Shown piece after piece: positions 1 through 8,638 of a stretch of 20,000 nucleotides of DNA. Each line of letters opens with the position of its first letter. Positions within the stretch are counted from its first letter, which is position 1. Made by a program: the position numbers and the translations under genes. A model generated the notes under the pieces. That model saw nothing but the letters and a program-made list of their open reading frames with translations, ran no database searches and was not told the origin of the DNA. Location of the stretch: the IMG/VR virus record IMGVR_UViG_3300020454_000007; one strand, written 5' to 3'. This DNA is from an uncultured virus (IMG/VR IMGVR_UViG_3300020454_000007). Taxonomy: Duplodnaviria > Heunggongvirae > Uroviricota > Caudoviricetes.

Positions 1-1
1 C

Positions 2-601
2 GATGTTACTGGCGCTTCGTTTGAAACTACCGGATATGCTCACGTTCTTGGTGGACCCGTTCAGTGTTATCAAACAAACGGGAACGCGCCAGTTTTTACT
101 GCATCAAATCAGGCTGTTACCTTCAACACTTCTGGTATTACAACAAACTCGACTGTTGAGATCACAGCTGACGGTGACGCAGCTTTTTCAGGTACTGTAT
201 TTTGTAATGACATTCAGCCTACGCAACCTCTGCCTGTCTCTTCACTAGGTAACTTTGCAGATACAAGTCTATATACATTTGATAGTAGCGGTAACTTCAC
301 AGCTACAGGTAATGTCACTGCATTCTCTGATGTGAAACTTAAAAAGAATGTAGAAGTCATTCCAGATGCTTTGGATAAAGTTAGCCAAGTGCGTGGAGTT
401 ACTTTTGATCGTACTGACATAAAGACCCCACGTCAAACGGGTGTAATCGCCCAAGAGCTTGAGGCTGTGCTACCAGAAGCAGTAATTACTGGCCCTGACG
501 GCACGAAGGCAGTCGCTTACGGCAATGTCATTGGCTTACTAATTGAAGCAATTAAAGAGCTTCAATACGAAATCTACACAATCAAGACTGGAGGTTACTG
601 A
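2..601 (+). CDS. Tail fibre C-terminus with peptidase S74 intramolecular chaperone (5' partial)
   Basis: Frame 2 is open from base 2 (DVTGASFETT...) to TGA at 599-601, longer than the 332 start in the track. It contains GNFTATGNVTAF-SDVKLKKNV (S74 autocleavage S-D-x-K-L-K) and TGVIAQELEAVLPEAV...VAYGNVIGLLIEAIKEL. Confidence 0.88.
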   Translation, partial: DVTGASFETTGYAHVLGGPVQCYQTNGNAPVFTASNQAVTFNTSGITTNSTVEITADGDAAFSGTVFCNDIQPTQPLPVSSLGNFADTSLYTFDSSGNFTATGNVTAFSDVKLKKNVEVIPDALDKVSQVRGVTFDRTDIKTPRQTGVIAQELEAVLPEAVITGPDGTKAVAYGNVIGLLIEAIKELQYEIYTIKTGGY

Positions 602-2493
602 TGGCTATTAGCTCTGCTGGACAACAGAAGTCATTGTCTGACTTGGCTACAGAGATGGGCATCGCTGCTAATCAGCCCGTCTCCCTAGGTAATATACAGA
701 CACGATTCTTTCTCAGTAACTCAGGAGGAATCACCGTTGATGCTTCTGCAGCAATTGGACTTGATTCATTCTCAGATAAAGAATATATCGTTCAAGATGC
801 TTACATCGCAACGGTTGGTGTGAAAGATAGTGGTAATACAACCACCCTGCTTGCAAGCACACATGCTGGTGAGGTTGAATTAAGTCACCCGAAGCTTGGT
901 CAAGGCATCTGGCCTGCAGATCCTAAGGTCGCCAATGAATCTGAATACTATTACTTCCGCATTACGTTTACTGATCCTATCTGTAATAGAACAGGTGAAG
1001 ATATTTACTTTGTTGTTGAACTAGAAGATACAACAGACTTTGATTGTAGGTTTAGAGATAGTGCATTCGATCAAGGATTAGGTACGTTGCCACCTACTGG
1101 GGCTCCAGCTACACAACCTGCTATTGACTTTAAAACAAATGGCACGTACGTACAGAGCACTAAAGCTATGTGCAAGTTGGTTAGTGGCAGTAATCAAAAA
1201 GTACAAGTCGTAGAATTCTCAACAAAAGCTGGAAGTAGCGCAACTAAGTTTGGACCATTCTATTGGGCAACTGAGCCGACAAACAGTAATGGGATAGGCC
1301 AAACACCACTAGATGTTATCAACCAAACGGAGAATGATTTCATTGAAGTGCAGTATGTAGTTGTAGGTGGAGGTGGTAACGCCGGTCAACTCCAAGGTGG
1401 TGGTGGAGGTGGAGGAGGTGTCTCCTTCAATGAGACATATAGTTTGATGATTCCAAACAACTTGAAGATGACATCTAGGGTGGCACCTCAGTTTACTGGA
1501 GGGTACATCCGTGATGCAACTGGCACTGATATGAACTTGGCTAGTGGCTTAGGTGCAGTAGAAGAAGCCAACTCACGTTTTGGCGCTGGTACTTTTGATC
1601 TAAAGTTTCTTACCGTTGGGTACTCAGGCGGGACTTGTTATCTAGAACTAGAAGACCATACGTTTAGTCGCAGTGTTTATAAGATCTACGGAAGTGGCGG
1701 CGGTGGCGGAGGCTCCTGGTTCTCTCCTGGGCCGTACTACTCCAGTGTGCCTGATTCAACTTTCACCGACACTCCAAAACAACTTACAACTCGTCAAGAT
1801 GGTTTAAGCACCTCTACTTACGGAACTGCGCCTGAAGACGGTAACTGGTTAGCCGGTGGTAGCGGAGCCGGTTCTTATTGGAGTCCTGGTTACTTTGTTT
1901 ATGGAGTAGCAGGCGGCGATGGTGGAGTTGGCAAGTGGCGCTATGCCGGTGGAGGCGGCGGAGGTGGTACTCGTTCAGTGAGTGGTTCCGCTGGAGGTAA
2001 TGGCTCAGGTGATGGCAGTACTACCTTGTCTAATCACATAGCGGGTGTTGGTGGTAATCCGGTGTTTGTTGGAGGTAGAGATAACAATTATCACGGTCAA
2101 GGCGGTGCTGGTGCTGGAGGAACCACAGGCACAGCTCTTAACGGAGCTGGCGGTGCTTTGACTGAACAAAGTAAGCCTGCTCCTGCCGGAAGTCACGGCT
2201 ATGGATATGACGCAGCTGGTACTAAAGATGATTCAAGAGGAGGCGGTGCTGCTCCTGGACAACAATTAACGGAACCACATCGTCAGGGTGGCTTTGGTAT
2301 TGTCAAGTTATACTGGAACTTGTCTACAAGCTTTGAGCTGAAGATTCTTTCAACATCTAATCAAGGTTTAAATACCATTACTAACGCTGGTGGGAAGTAC
2401 TTGCACTATGACAAAGGTGACAATGAAATTTTCTACATTGACACAGCGCTGCATAATACCGATGGTAGTTGGAAAGCTAGCGTAATCAATTAG
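601..2493 (+). CDS. Glycine-rich virion/tail protein, adhesin-like
   Basis: 630 aa, TGATG-coupled to the upstream fibre. N-terminus MAISSAG..SLSDLATEMG..PVSLG; YVVVGGGG..GGGGGGG and many GGxGG runs in the C-terminal half. Confidence 0.7.
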   Translation: MAISSAGQQKSLSDLATEMGIAANQPVSLGNIQTRFFLSNSGGITVDASAAIGLDSFSDKEYIVQDAYIATVGVKDSGNTTTLLASTHAGEVELSHPKLGQGIWPADPKVANESEYYYFRITFTDPICNRTGEDIYFVVELEDTTDFDCRFRDSAFDQGLGTLPPTGAPATQPAIDFKTNGTYVQSTKAMCKLVSGSNQKVQVVEFSTKAGSSATKFGPFYWATEPTNSNGIGQTPLDVINQTENDFIEVQYVVVGGGGNAGQLQGGGGGGGGVSFNETYSLMIPNNLKMTSRVAPQFTGGYIRDATGTDMNLASGLGAVEEANSRFGAGTFDLKFLTVGYSGGTCYLELEDHTFSRSVYKIYGSGGGGGGSWFSPGPYYSSVPDSTFTDTPKQLTTRQDGLSTSTYGTAPEDGNWLAGGSGAGSYWSPGYFVYGVAGGDGGVGKWRYAGGGGGGGTRSVSGSAGGNGSGDGSTTLSNHIAGVGGNPVFVGGRDNNYHGQGGAGAGGTTGTALNGAGGALTEQSKPAPAGSHGYGYDAAGTKDDSRGGGAAPGQQLTEPHRQGGFGIVKLYWNLSTSFELKILSTSNQGLNTITNAGGKYLHYDKGDNEIFYIDTALHNTDGSWKASVIN

Positions 2494-2529
2494 TAGATAA
2501 AATTGTAGTAACACTCAAAGAGTACACCC

Positions 2530-5211
2530 GTGGCGATACTTAACTTCCCCAACAATCCGAGTAATGGTGATACGTATATAGAAAACAACGTCACCTACAC
2601 ATATATTGGCACGTCTCCGAATGGCTTTTGGCAAGCAGATAATGGGAATGCACTGGAAGATATTTATGTAAACCGTAGTGGCGATACTATTACTGGTGAT
2701 GTTACGATCACCACGCTGTCAGGTACTGGCACTCGCAGCCTTGGTGTAGACAGTGCCGGTAAATTGCAAGTCGTTACCAGCAGTGGTGGTGGAGCAGCTT
2801 CTCCTTATGTGGATGAAAGTGGCGACACAATGACGGGTGACCTGCTTTTTAATGCTAAAGCTCAAATTAAAGCTGATAGTGGTAAAGCAACATTTGGTGG
2901 TACGGGCACACCCCGTGAGCAAGTCGAACTTACAGCAAGTGGTGATGTAGCCCTTGAGTTGAACTCCAGTGGCGCTAAGTTTGCACAACTTAAGCTGAAG
3001 ACAGCTGGCGATCTTGAGATAATTGGCGCTGATGGAGATATCAAATTTATTAATGGCAATGCTGATGGTCCAACTGGTACTGAGAAAGTACGTATCCACG
3101 ACGATGGCAATGTAAGCATTGGCACCCCAACAGCAAACGAAGCACAGCTGACATTAGGTCAAGGTACGGGCACGGCTAATGAAGCAATCGCTATTACTGG
3201 CGGTAACACAGTCGCAGGTAAAGGCATACGTATTGGGATGGATTCCAATCAAGATGCGTACATTAGCCAAAGAGACGACAAGAGCATTCTTCTCTACACG
3301 AACTTGTTGAAGCGGTTCACCGTAGATAACGTAGGTCGCGTGATGATGAATGTTGACCAGCCGTCTACTGCTGGCGCAGCTGGACTTACTGTCGCTGAAC
3401 CTGGCGATATCAACACTGGTATCCAGATTCGTACTTCTACAACTGGTCAGGGCAGCATTCAATTTGGAGATTCAAACAGTGGCACTGACGCATATAAAGG
3501 TTATATAACCTACGATCACGCCAATGACGATTTAGTAGTTGGCACTAACGCTACAGAAGCATTAGTTATAGGTTCAGATGGTCGTATTGCTATCAATCAA
3601 ACAGGGTGGTCTAGCACTGCAGGTATTGAGTTAAATCAAGAAGCCACAGCAATGCACGGCATTCAAATCAATTCTTCGACAAGCGATAAAGCCAGTATTG
3701 GTTTTTATGCTGGTTCAAGTGTGTGGGGAATCGGTACTGACAGTAATAATGCAGATTATATGAACCTCTTCTATGACGCCGCCACTCGTTGGTCGATGGA
3801 TGGTAACGGTAATATCAGTAACTACGTATCCAACGTCCTCAACACATATCACACCAACGTCACATTATGGTCAGGTAGTGATAACGGCACCATCAACATA
3901 GGCTTCCGTAACAACACGACTGGTCCTGGTGCAAACTCAGGCTTAGACCTTCTTTATGATGACGTCGATCTAAAGCTGTTGAACCACGAAGATGGTGGAA
4001 TCTTCTTTGGTCATAACGGTTCTCTGCATTCAGGTTTTGACAGTGAAGGTCGATGGCTTATTGGTGCTACTGGTTTTAACTTTAATCAAGCACTGATCCC
4101 TGGATCAAACGCAGCTGTAATTGTCAAGGGCAATGCAAGTAGCACCTCTGATGGACGCATTCTTTTAGCTAACGACGGTGCAATTGGATCTGGTCTAGGT
4201 CATTCGACAGCTCTAGGAACCATCACGTTTGGTGATAATACTGGCAGTGAGTTTGGACGTATCACTTGTGAGACCGGCCCATCTCCTGACCCTACAGGAA
4301 CTGACTACCCTGGTGAGTTGCGCTTCTTCACTAACAGTGGCAGCAACGCTACTGGAGCTACTGTGAAGATGACGCTCGATAAAGAAGGGAAGCTGGGCCT
4401 CAATTCAACACAACCTAAGTCAGACCTTCATATCTACAGGACGGATACGCCAACCATACGCTTCACGAACAATCACTCGAACAACGGTGCAGATGATGGT
4501 ACTCGTATGGGTCTACGAAATAACGATGACTGGGAGATAAGGAACAAAGAATCAGGTGGCTATATTTACTTCTCGCCTGGTGACAGAGAATCTATCTGTT
4601 TAGAGCCTACAGGATTACAAACTATCTACAGCGACAATGGTAACTTCAGTCTGGAAGTTTCTACTGCTCGGGCATCAGGCAGCAGCACTGCTTTGTTTAA
4701 CGGGTATCACAGCGGCACCAGCACTTCCGCACGTGGAACTAACGTCGTTAAGATAACGTCAGATGGCAACATTACAAATGTAAACAATAGCTACGGTGCA
4801 CTGTCGGATATTAAAATTAAAACAAATATCGTTGATGCACAGTCGCAGTGGAATGATGTGAAGGAAGTTCGCTTGGTGAACTATGAGTACAAAGATTCTG
4901 TTGCTTATGGTGAAGGATCACGCTTAGGTGTAATCGCACAGGAGATTGAACTAATCAGCCCTGGCTTGGTCGAGACTACCGACGACTTGATTACGCAGCA
5001 AGTTCCTCAGTGGGACTCCGAAGGTAATCCCATCATTGACACAGACGGTAACCAGCTGAGTGAAACTGTCACTCAAAAGACTGGTAGTCAAACCAAGAGC
5101 GTGAAGTACTCCGTGCTTTTCACTAAAGCATTGGGTGCTTTACAAGAAGCAATGGAGCGCATTGAGCAACTGGAAGACGAAGTCAATACGTTGAAAGCGG
5201 CAAACCAATAA
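2530..5211 (+). CDS. Long tail fibre with C-terminal S74 chaperone
   Basis: 893 aa. N-terminal LNFPNNPSNGDTY motif, YVxxSGDTxTGD twice, fibre repeats (EKVRIHDDGNVSIGT, RFTVDNVGRV), SDIKIKTNI, LGVIAQEIELISPGLV, KSVKYSVL and a terminal coiled coil. Confidence 0.9.
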   Translation: MAILNFPNNPSNGDTYIENNVTYTYIGTSPNGFWQADNGNALEDIYVNRSGDTITGDVTITTLSGTGTRSLGVDSAGKLQVVTSSGGGAASPYVDESGDTMTGDLLFNAKAQIKADSGKATFGGTGTPREQVELTASGDVALELNSSGAKFAQLKLKTAGDLEIIGADGDIKFINGNADGPTGTEKVRIHDDGNVSIGTPTANEAQLTLGQGTGTANEAIAITGGNTVAGKGIRIGMDSNQDAYISQRDDKSILLYTNLLKRFTVDNVGRVMMNVDQPSTAGAAGLTVAEPGDINTGIQIRTSTTGQGSIQFGDSNSGTDAYKGYITYDHANDDLVVGTNATEALVIGSDGRIAINQTGWSSTAGIELNQEATAMHGIQINSSTSDKASIGFYAGSSVWGIGTDSNNADYMNLFYDAATRWSMDGNGNISNYVSNVLNTYHTNVTLWSGSDNGTINIGFRNNTTGPGANSGLDLLYDDVDLKLLNHEDGGIFFGHNGSLHSGFDSEGRWLIGATGFNFNQALIPGSNAAVIVKGNASSTSDGRILLANDGAIGSGLGHSTALGTITFGDNTGSEFGRITCETGPSPDPTGTDYPGELRFFTNSGSNATGATVKMTLDKEGKLGLNSTQPKSDLHIYRTDTPTIRFTNNHSNNGADDGTRMGLRNNDDWEIRNKESGGYIYFSPGDRESICLEPTGLQTIYSDNGNFSLEVSTARASGSSTALFNGYHSGTSTSARGTNVVKITSDGNITNVNNSYGALSDIKIKTNIVDAQSQWNDVKEVRLVNYEYKDSVAYGEGSRLGVIAQEIELISPGLVETTDDLITQQVPQWDSEGNPIIDTDGNQLSETVTQKTGSQTKSVKYSVLFTKALGALQEAMERIEQLEDEVNTLKAANQ

Positions 5212-5947
5212 CTTGGAAGGCACGACGGGTATAGTCCCGCCTATCTTGGTAACCGTTTGGTAGGTACTTGCCGTTAACGCGAGCGCCTACTTCATCAACA
5301 TTAGGATTCGTTTTACAATACGAGATCATTTCGTTGTCGTACCACCAGAATCCGCTAATACTCCAAGGATACATTTCTGACGTGTAGGTTTTACCTACTT
5401 CCATAATCTTATTGTCGTACTGACTTTTTTTCTGTAGGTAATCACTAAAGCTTTGGTGGTTGTATCTGCCTGTGACTTGAATCCAGCCTGTTCCAGCGAA
5501 CTTAACCCCGTCGCCTGGATAGATGTTGCCAAGATCACGGCGATATTCATAATTACTTCCAGAGTGCAGTTCGACGGGATAGCGCAGCCCAGCAGATTCG
5601 TGACCGCACTGCCCCAAAAAATATGCAAGGTTTAAGTCGTCAAAATCATACAGCTCATAGCACTCCCGTAAGTCATTCATCAGACTATCTGGTAGTGACT
5701 TAGGGTCACACAACATAATTTCCCCAAGCTGCTCCTTAGTTATCGGCCAGTCACCTGCCTTTACAGGCTTAGATTCTATTTCATTACGGTAAGTCATAAT
5801 CCAATCAGCGTCTGTATAAAGCTGGTTGTTAAACATTGACTTATTGATCTCGTCATACAGCAGCCCGATTGCTCGATGCTGATGTGGCTCATCAGCGTAG
5901 TATTTAAAGAAGTTTTTGAATTCTTCGAAGGTAAGTTTTTTCGCCAT
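5183..5947 (-). CDS. Endolysin, glycoside hydrolase family 19 (chitinase-like), with cyanophage-type N-terminal domain
   Basis: FLGQCGHESAGL, YEYRRDLGNIYPGDGVKFAGTGWIQVTGRYN and NGYQDRR match the GH19 pattern; N-terminal FFKYY...PHQ..AI segment. Confidence 0.85.
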   Translation of the reverse strand: MAKKLTFEEFKNFFKYYADEPHQHRAIGLLYDEINKSMFNNQLYTDADWIMTYRNEIESKPVKAGDWPITKEQLGEIMLCDPKSLPDSLMNDLRECYELYDFDDLNLAYFLGQCGHESAGLRYPVELHSGSNYEYRRDLGNIYPGDGVKFAGTGWIQVTGRYNHQSFSDYLQKKSQYDNKIMEVGKTYTSEMYPWSISGFWWYDNEMISYCKTNPNVDEVGARVNGKYLPNGYQDRRDYTRRAFQVIGLPLSTY

Positions 5948-5967
5948 TGGTATAACCTTTTACCTGC

Positions 5968-5984
5968 ATTCTACACCTTACAAT
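5968..5984. promoter_or_regulatory. Back-to-back divergent -10-like elements
   Basis: TAGAAT on - (5973-5968) faces the endolysin and TACAAT on + (5979-5984) faces the 6008 ORF, within a 60-bp intergenic gap. Confidence 0.45.
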
Positions 5985-6007
5985 GTATATATCGGTAAAG
6001 TAAGGTT

Positions 6008-6283
6008 ATGACACCTCAAGAGCGACAAAAATTTTGGGACGCAGTTGAAAGTGGAGATAACCCTCTGCTGTCAGTTATGCACGGACTCACTGAAAAGTGG
6101 GGACTACCCGCAATCATTATGTGCCTTGGAGATATCGGACACATTCTTTCTGAGGATGCTTTGGATGCTGAGCTAACGCCACATCAACGCGGTCTGATCA
6201 TTGGTGCCTGTGCCCAAGTCTGTCAACTGAGCGATCAAATGCACGCCGAGATGGACCACTTACAAGAGATTGAATCCTCATGA
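6008..6283 (+). CDS. Hypothetical protein
   Basis: 91 aa, AAGG upstream, ATGA-coupled to the next ORF. Confidence 0.7.
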   Translation: MTPQERQKFWDAVESGDNPLLSVMHGLTEKWGLPAIIMCLGDIGHILSEDALDAELTPHQRGLIIGACAQVCQLSDQMHAEMDHLQEIESS

Positions 6284-6441
6284 GCCCTGAAGAACTAACC
6301 AACTGGCAGAAAATCAAAGATCACTTTGAAGGACTGCCCGAAGAAAAACGCGACAACTACTTCTACAAGCGAGCCGTAGCCATCACAGCTGGTGAGGTTG
6401 ATCCAATGGAGCAGCCCCTGTGGAAACCGGATGATAAGTAA
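6280..6441 (+). CDS. Small cyanophage-type hypothetical protein (53 aa, not in ORF track)
   Basis: MSPEELTNWQKIKDHFEGLPEEKRDNYFYKRAVAITAGEVDPMEQPLWKPDDK. ATGA overlap; the NWxKIK...DNxFYKRA...DP pattern is one I recall from cyanophage small proteins. Confidence 0.7.
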   Translation: MSPEELTNWQKIKDHFEGLPEEKRDNYFYKRAVAITAGEVDPMEQPLWKPDDK

Positions 6442-6498
6442 GGCTTATCGTTAGCTTCACTTAGGCGTGCTAATTTGTGGTGAACAACGTCAATCAAT

Positions 6499-6522
6499 AG
6501 GGTGCGAATCCCACCCTCTCCG
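6499..6522 (+). other. Putative attP core: 3' fragment of a tRNA (probably tRNA-Ser)
   Basis: CGAATCCCACCCTCTCCG matches a T-loop/T-stem/acceptor 3' end with a G discriminator. AGGGTG and CACCCT form a perfect inverted repeat around the 7-bp CGAATCC. It lies 80 bp upstream of an integrase. Confidence 0.75.
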
Positions 6523-6601
6523 TTTTTGACACATAAGGTTGCTATTTTGCAGCTTTGTCAATAAACTATTGATAGGCGTTGCTTATATACAACCACACAC
6601 A

Positions 6602-7393
6602 ATGAAAGTCTCTGAACTTGTCGAAGAACTCAAGGAACTTTATCCAAAGTTCGCACCATCTACCTATCTGTACTGGCAAAAATCGATAAAACCAATTGCA
6701 GACCTGGATACCCAGGAGGTTACGAAAGCCACTGCAAGAAAATACAGAGTGCAGTCATTGCAGTCAATGTCGGAGAATACCGTACTCAGACGCATTGCAT
6801 ATCTCAAGTCGATCTGGACCAAAGGCTTGTACTGGGAACTACTGTCCGGCACTAACCCGTGGCAACACGCAGCAGATGGGTTAATCAAAAAAGATCGTGA
6901 ACCGGAGTACCACCCTTGGGAGTTCTACGAGCCATATCACGAGCATCCCTGGTTCAGGATCCTGTGGTATACCGGAGCAAGGATTGCAGAGGTAGCTGCA
7001 TTAGATCCTAAAAATATTGTTATGAACGCTTCTATCCCATACGTAAATTTCGTAAATCAACCTAACCGTAAGCTGAAGAATCCTTCGTCAAAGCGTAAGG
7101 TTCCCCTGCACCCTTCTACTTGGGATTACATCGAAGACTTCAAACCTACGAAGATGACATACAACCATGGTCATCGTTGGAGCTATGACTTTGGCCAGCG
7201 ACTAGGTCTACCTCATGGGATAGCCGCACACACGCTGCGTCATTCATTTACGACTATGTGTAGGGACCAAGGCGTTGAAGAATACTTCATTGATATTTTC
7301 ACCGGCCACGCAAAGCAGTCAGTCACTTCTAGATACGGTCGTACTCACTTTAAAATACTGAAAGATATTGTTTATAAGTTTGAACATCATTGA
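6602..7393 (+). CDS. int: Tyrosine recombinase/integrase
   Basis: Catalytic set present: YTGARIAEV (R), KNPSSKR (K), HTLRHSF (HxxR), FTGH, TSRYG (Y). ATG at 6602 is preferred over TTG at 6539. Confidence 0.92.
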   Translation: MKVSELVEELKELYPKFAPSTYLYWQKSIKPIADLDTQEVTKATARKYRVQSLQSMSENTVLRRIAYLKSIWTKGLYWELLSGTNPWQHAADGLIKKDREPEYHPWEFYEPYHEHPWFRILWYTGARIAEVAALDPKNIVMNASIPYVNFVNQPNRKLKNPSSKRKVPLHPSTWDYIEDFKPTKMTYNHGHRWSYDFGQRLGLPHGIAAHTLRHSFTTMCRDQGVEEYFIDIFTGHAKQSVTSRYGRTHFKILKDIVYKFEHH

Positions 7394-7429
7394 CCACAAA
7401 ATGTGACTACAAAATATGACTACAAAATA
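7391..7429 (+). repeat. Three tandem 13-bp repeats TGACYACAAAATR, possible integrase arm-type or accessory binding sites
   Basis: TGACCACAAAATG TGACTACAAAATA TGACTACAAAATA, starting at the integrase stop codon. Confidence 0.75.
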
Positions 7430-7572
7430 ATAGAGACAGTCTGAGAGCTATCTGAGATCATAACGGTTTTACGGTTGGGTATACGATGAACATTAATGTC
7501 ATATCCTCTTAAAATAGAGTTAGGGTATCACTCTAATACAACTCTCAGTCTGGTACATTTTAAGGAGCGACT

Positions 7573-7845
7573 ATGCCTGAATATGTTGTGGCTACAGCTA
7601 TAGCAGCAACTCTATCAATGTTCGGCGTGTCATTCCGTAAAATTGATGCCGCTGACCGCAGAATGGATGCTCTAGAACTAAAAGTCGCCGAGAAGTATGT
7701 CACAAAAGAAGAGTTCCGAGCACAGTTTACTGAACTGTTCAGAGTTCTGGCACGCTTAGAAGACAAGATTGATGCTCACGTTAGTGAGGAGCAAAACAGG
7801 ATTGCATATATGAAAAAAAAGTACCACCTGGATGAGTGGGAGTAA
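7573..7845 (+). CDS. Small membrane-anchored coiled-coil protein (holin/lysis-accessory-like)
   Basis: AAGGAG RBS, N-terminal hydrophobic helix, then LELKVAEKYVTKEEF...LARLEDKID. Confidence 0.65.
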   Translation: MPEYVVATAIAATLSMFGVSFRKIDAADRRMDALELKVAEKYVTKEEFRAQFTELFRVLARLEDKIDAHVSEEQNRIAYMKKKYHLDEWE

Positions 7846-7964
7846 ACCACAAAACCACGCTAACTGCACTACTTATCTATATGTTGAAAATAAATATTAG
7901 ATAGAGAGTATAGGGATAATAAAAAATAGGATATATAGAAAACCACGGTAGTTAGCGTGGCTTT
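7844..7964. repeat. Inverted repeat around an AT-rich spacer with AAACCAC iterations (origin-like)
   Basis: AAAACCACGCTAACTGC (7851-7867) versus GTAGTTAGCGTGGCTTT (7948-7964) match 15/17 as an inverted pair. AAACCAC occurs at 7844, 7852 and 7940. Confidence 0.55.
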
Positions 7965-7993
7965 AGAATGTATGGAGATCGTCAGTAATTACT

Positions 7994-8134
7994 ATGGCTA
8001 TTTTAGAATCAGCAGCGTTTTGGATTATCGTAGCAGCTGCCAGCGAGGTCATTGCTTTGTCACCTCTGAAAGAGAACTCTGTGGTGCAAGTTGTATTCCA
8101 CGTATTGAGATCAATTAAGGGCAAGAAGTTCTAA
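7994..8134 (+). CDS. 46-aa membrane peptide, holin-like (not in ORF track)
   Basis: MAILESAAFWIIVAAASEVIALSPLKENSVVQVVFHVLRSIKGKKF: hydrophobic N-terminus and basic C-terminus; TAGAAT at 7964 upstream. Confidence 0.65.
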   Translation: MAILESAAFWIIVAAASEVIALSPLKENSVVQVVFHVLRSIKGKKF

Positions 8135-8191
8135 ATATCCCAAGAAAGAATCAACTGTCGACTAAAGTGTAGGCAGTTGTAACAACAACAT

Positions 8192-8638
8192 ATGGGTATA
8201 CCGGACGATTGGGGAGAACTGCTCTTCAATCTAAACTGCCTCTCTAAAGGCAGTGCTAAGCGGCAATTCCGGCACGCTATCCGTTACGCTTGGGGCGGTA
8301 TGTGTTGTTTCTGCAGAGATCAAAGAGCAACGACCGTAGACCATTTACGTCCGCGTTCCCGAGGTGGTTCCGATTTAAGATCCAATCTCGTTCCGTGTTG
8401 CCATAGCTGCAATCAAGACAAAGGAAGTCAAGATTGGCTAGTGTGGTTTAAACAACAAGACTTCTATAACGAAGTTGCGGAAGAGTTAATTGTTGAATGG
8501 ATTGAGAATCGTAATTATGTCGCAACAGTATCCAACGAAACTAACGCTAGAGCAGCGCTTCGCCATGTCGAGGGCTCGCTACGAAGTATCGAAGATGAGC
8601 CGTCCTGCGCTGGAAAAGACTGCCTTGCGCCTGCTTAA
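8192..8638 (+). CDS. HNH endonuclease (McrA/HNH_5-like)
   Basis: CCFC...TVDHLRPRSRGGSDLRSNLVPCCHSCNQDKG. Confidence 0.88.
   Translation: MGIPDDWGELLFNLNCLSKGSAKRQFRHAIRYAWGGMCCFCRDQRATTVDHLRPRSRGGSDLRSNLVPCCHSCNQDKGSQDWLVWFKQQDFYNEVAEELIVEWIENRNYVATVSNETNARAALRHVEGSLRSIEDEPSCAGKDCLAPA

Noticed and set aside
3..248. 81-aa ORF in frame 3
   Set aside because: Shadow of the tail fibre frame that is open from base 2 to 601.
601..5211. Diversity-generating retroelement or invertible tail-fibre cassette
   Set aside because: No reverse transcriptase, template/variable repeat pair or inverted fibre ends seen. The two S74 domains are too divergent to be a TR/VR pair.
6440..6530. Complete tRNA gene
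   Set aside because: Only the 3' ~18 nt are tRNA-like; there is no 5' acceptor strand, D arm or anticodon arm.
7391..7429. CRISPR mini-array
   Set aside because: Repeats are 13 bp, directly adjacent with no spacers, and no cas genes are present.
7482..7502. Palindrome around ACATTAATGT as a dif-like site
   Set aside because: No convincing XerC/D arm match; short AT-rich palindromes occur by chance.
8490..8516. TTG start for the NblA-like ORF
   Set aside because: ATG 8517 gives a typical NblA N-terminus; a longer form cannot be fully excluded.
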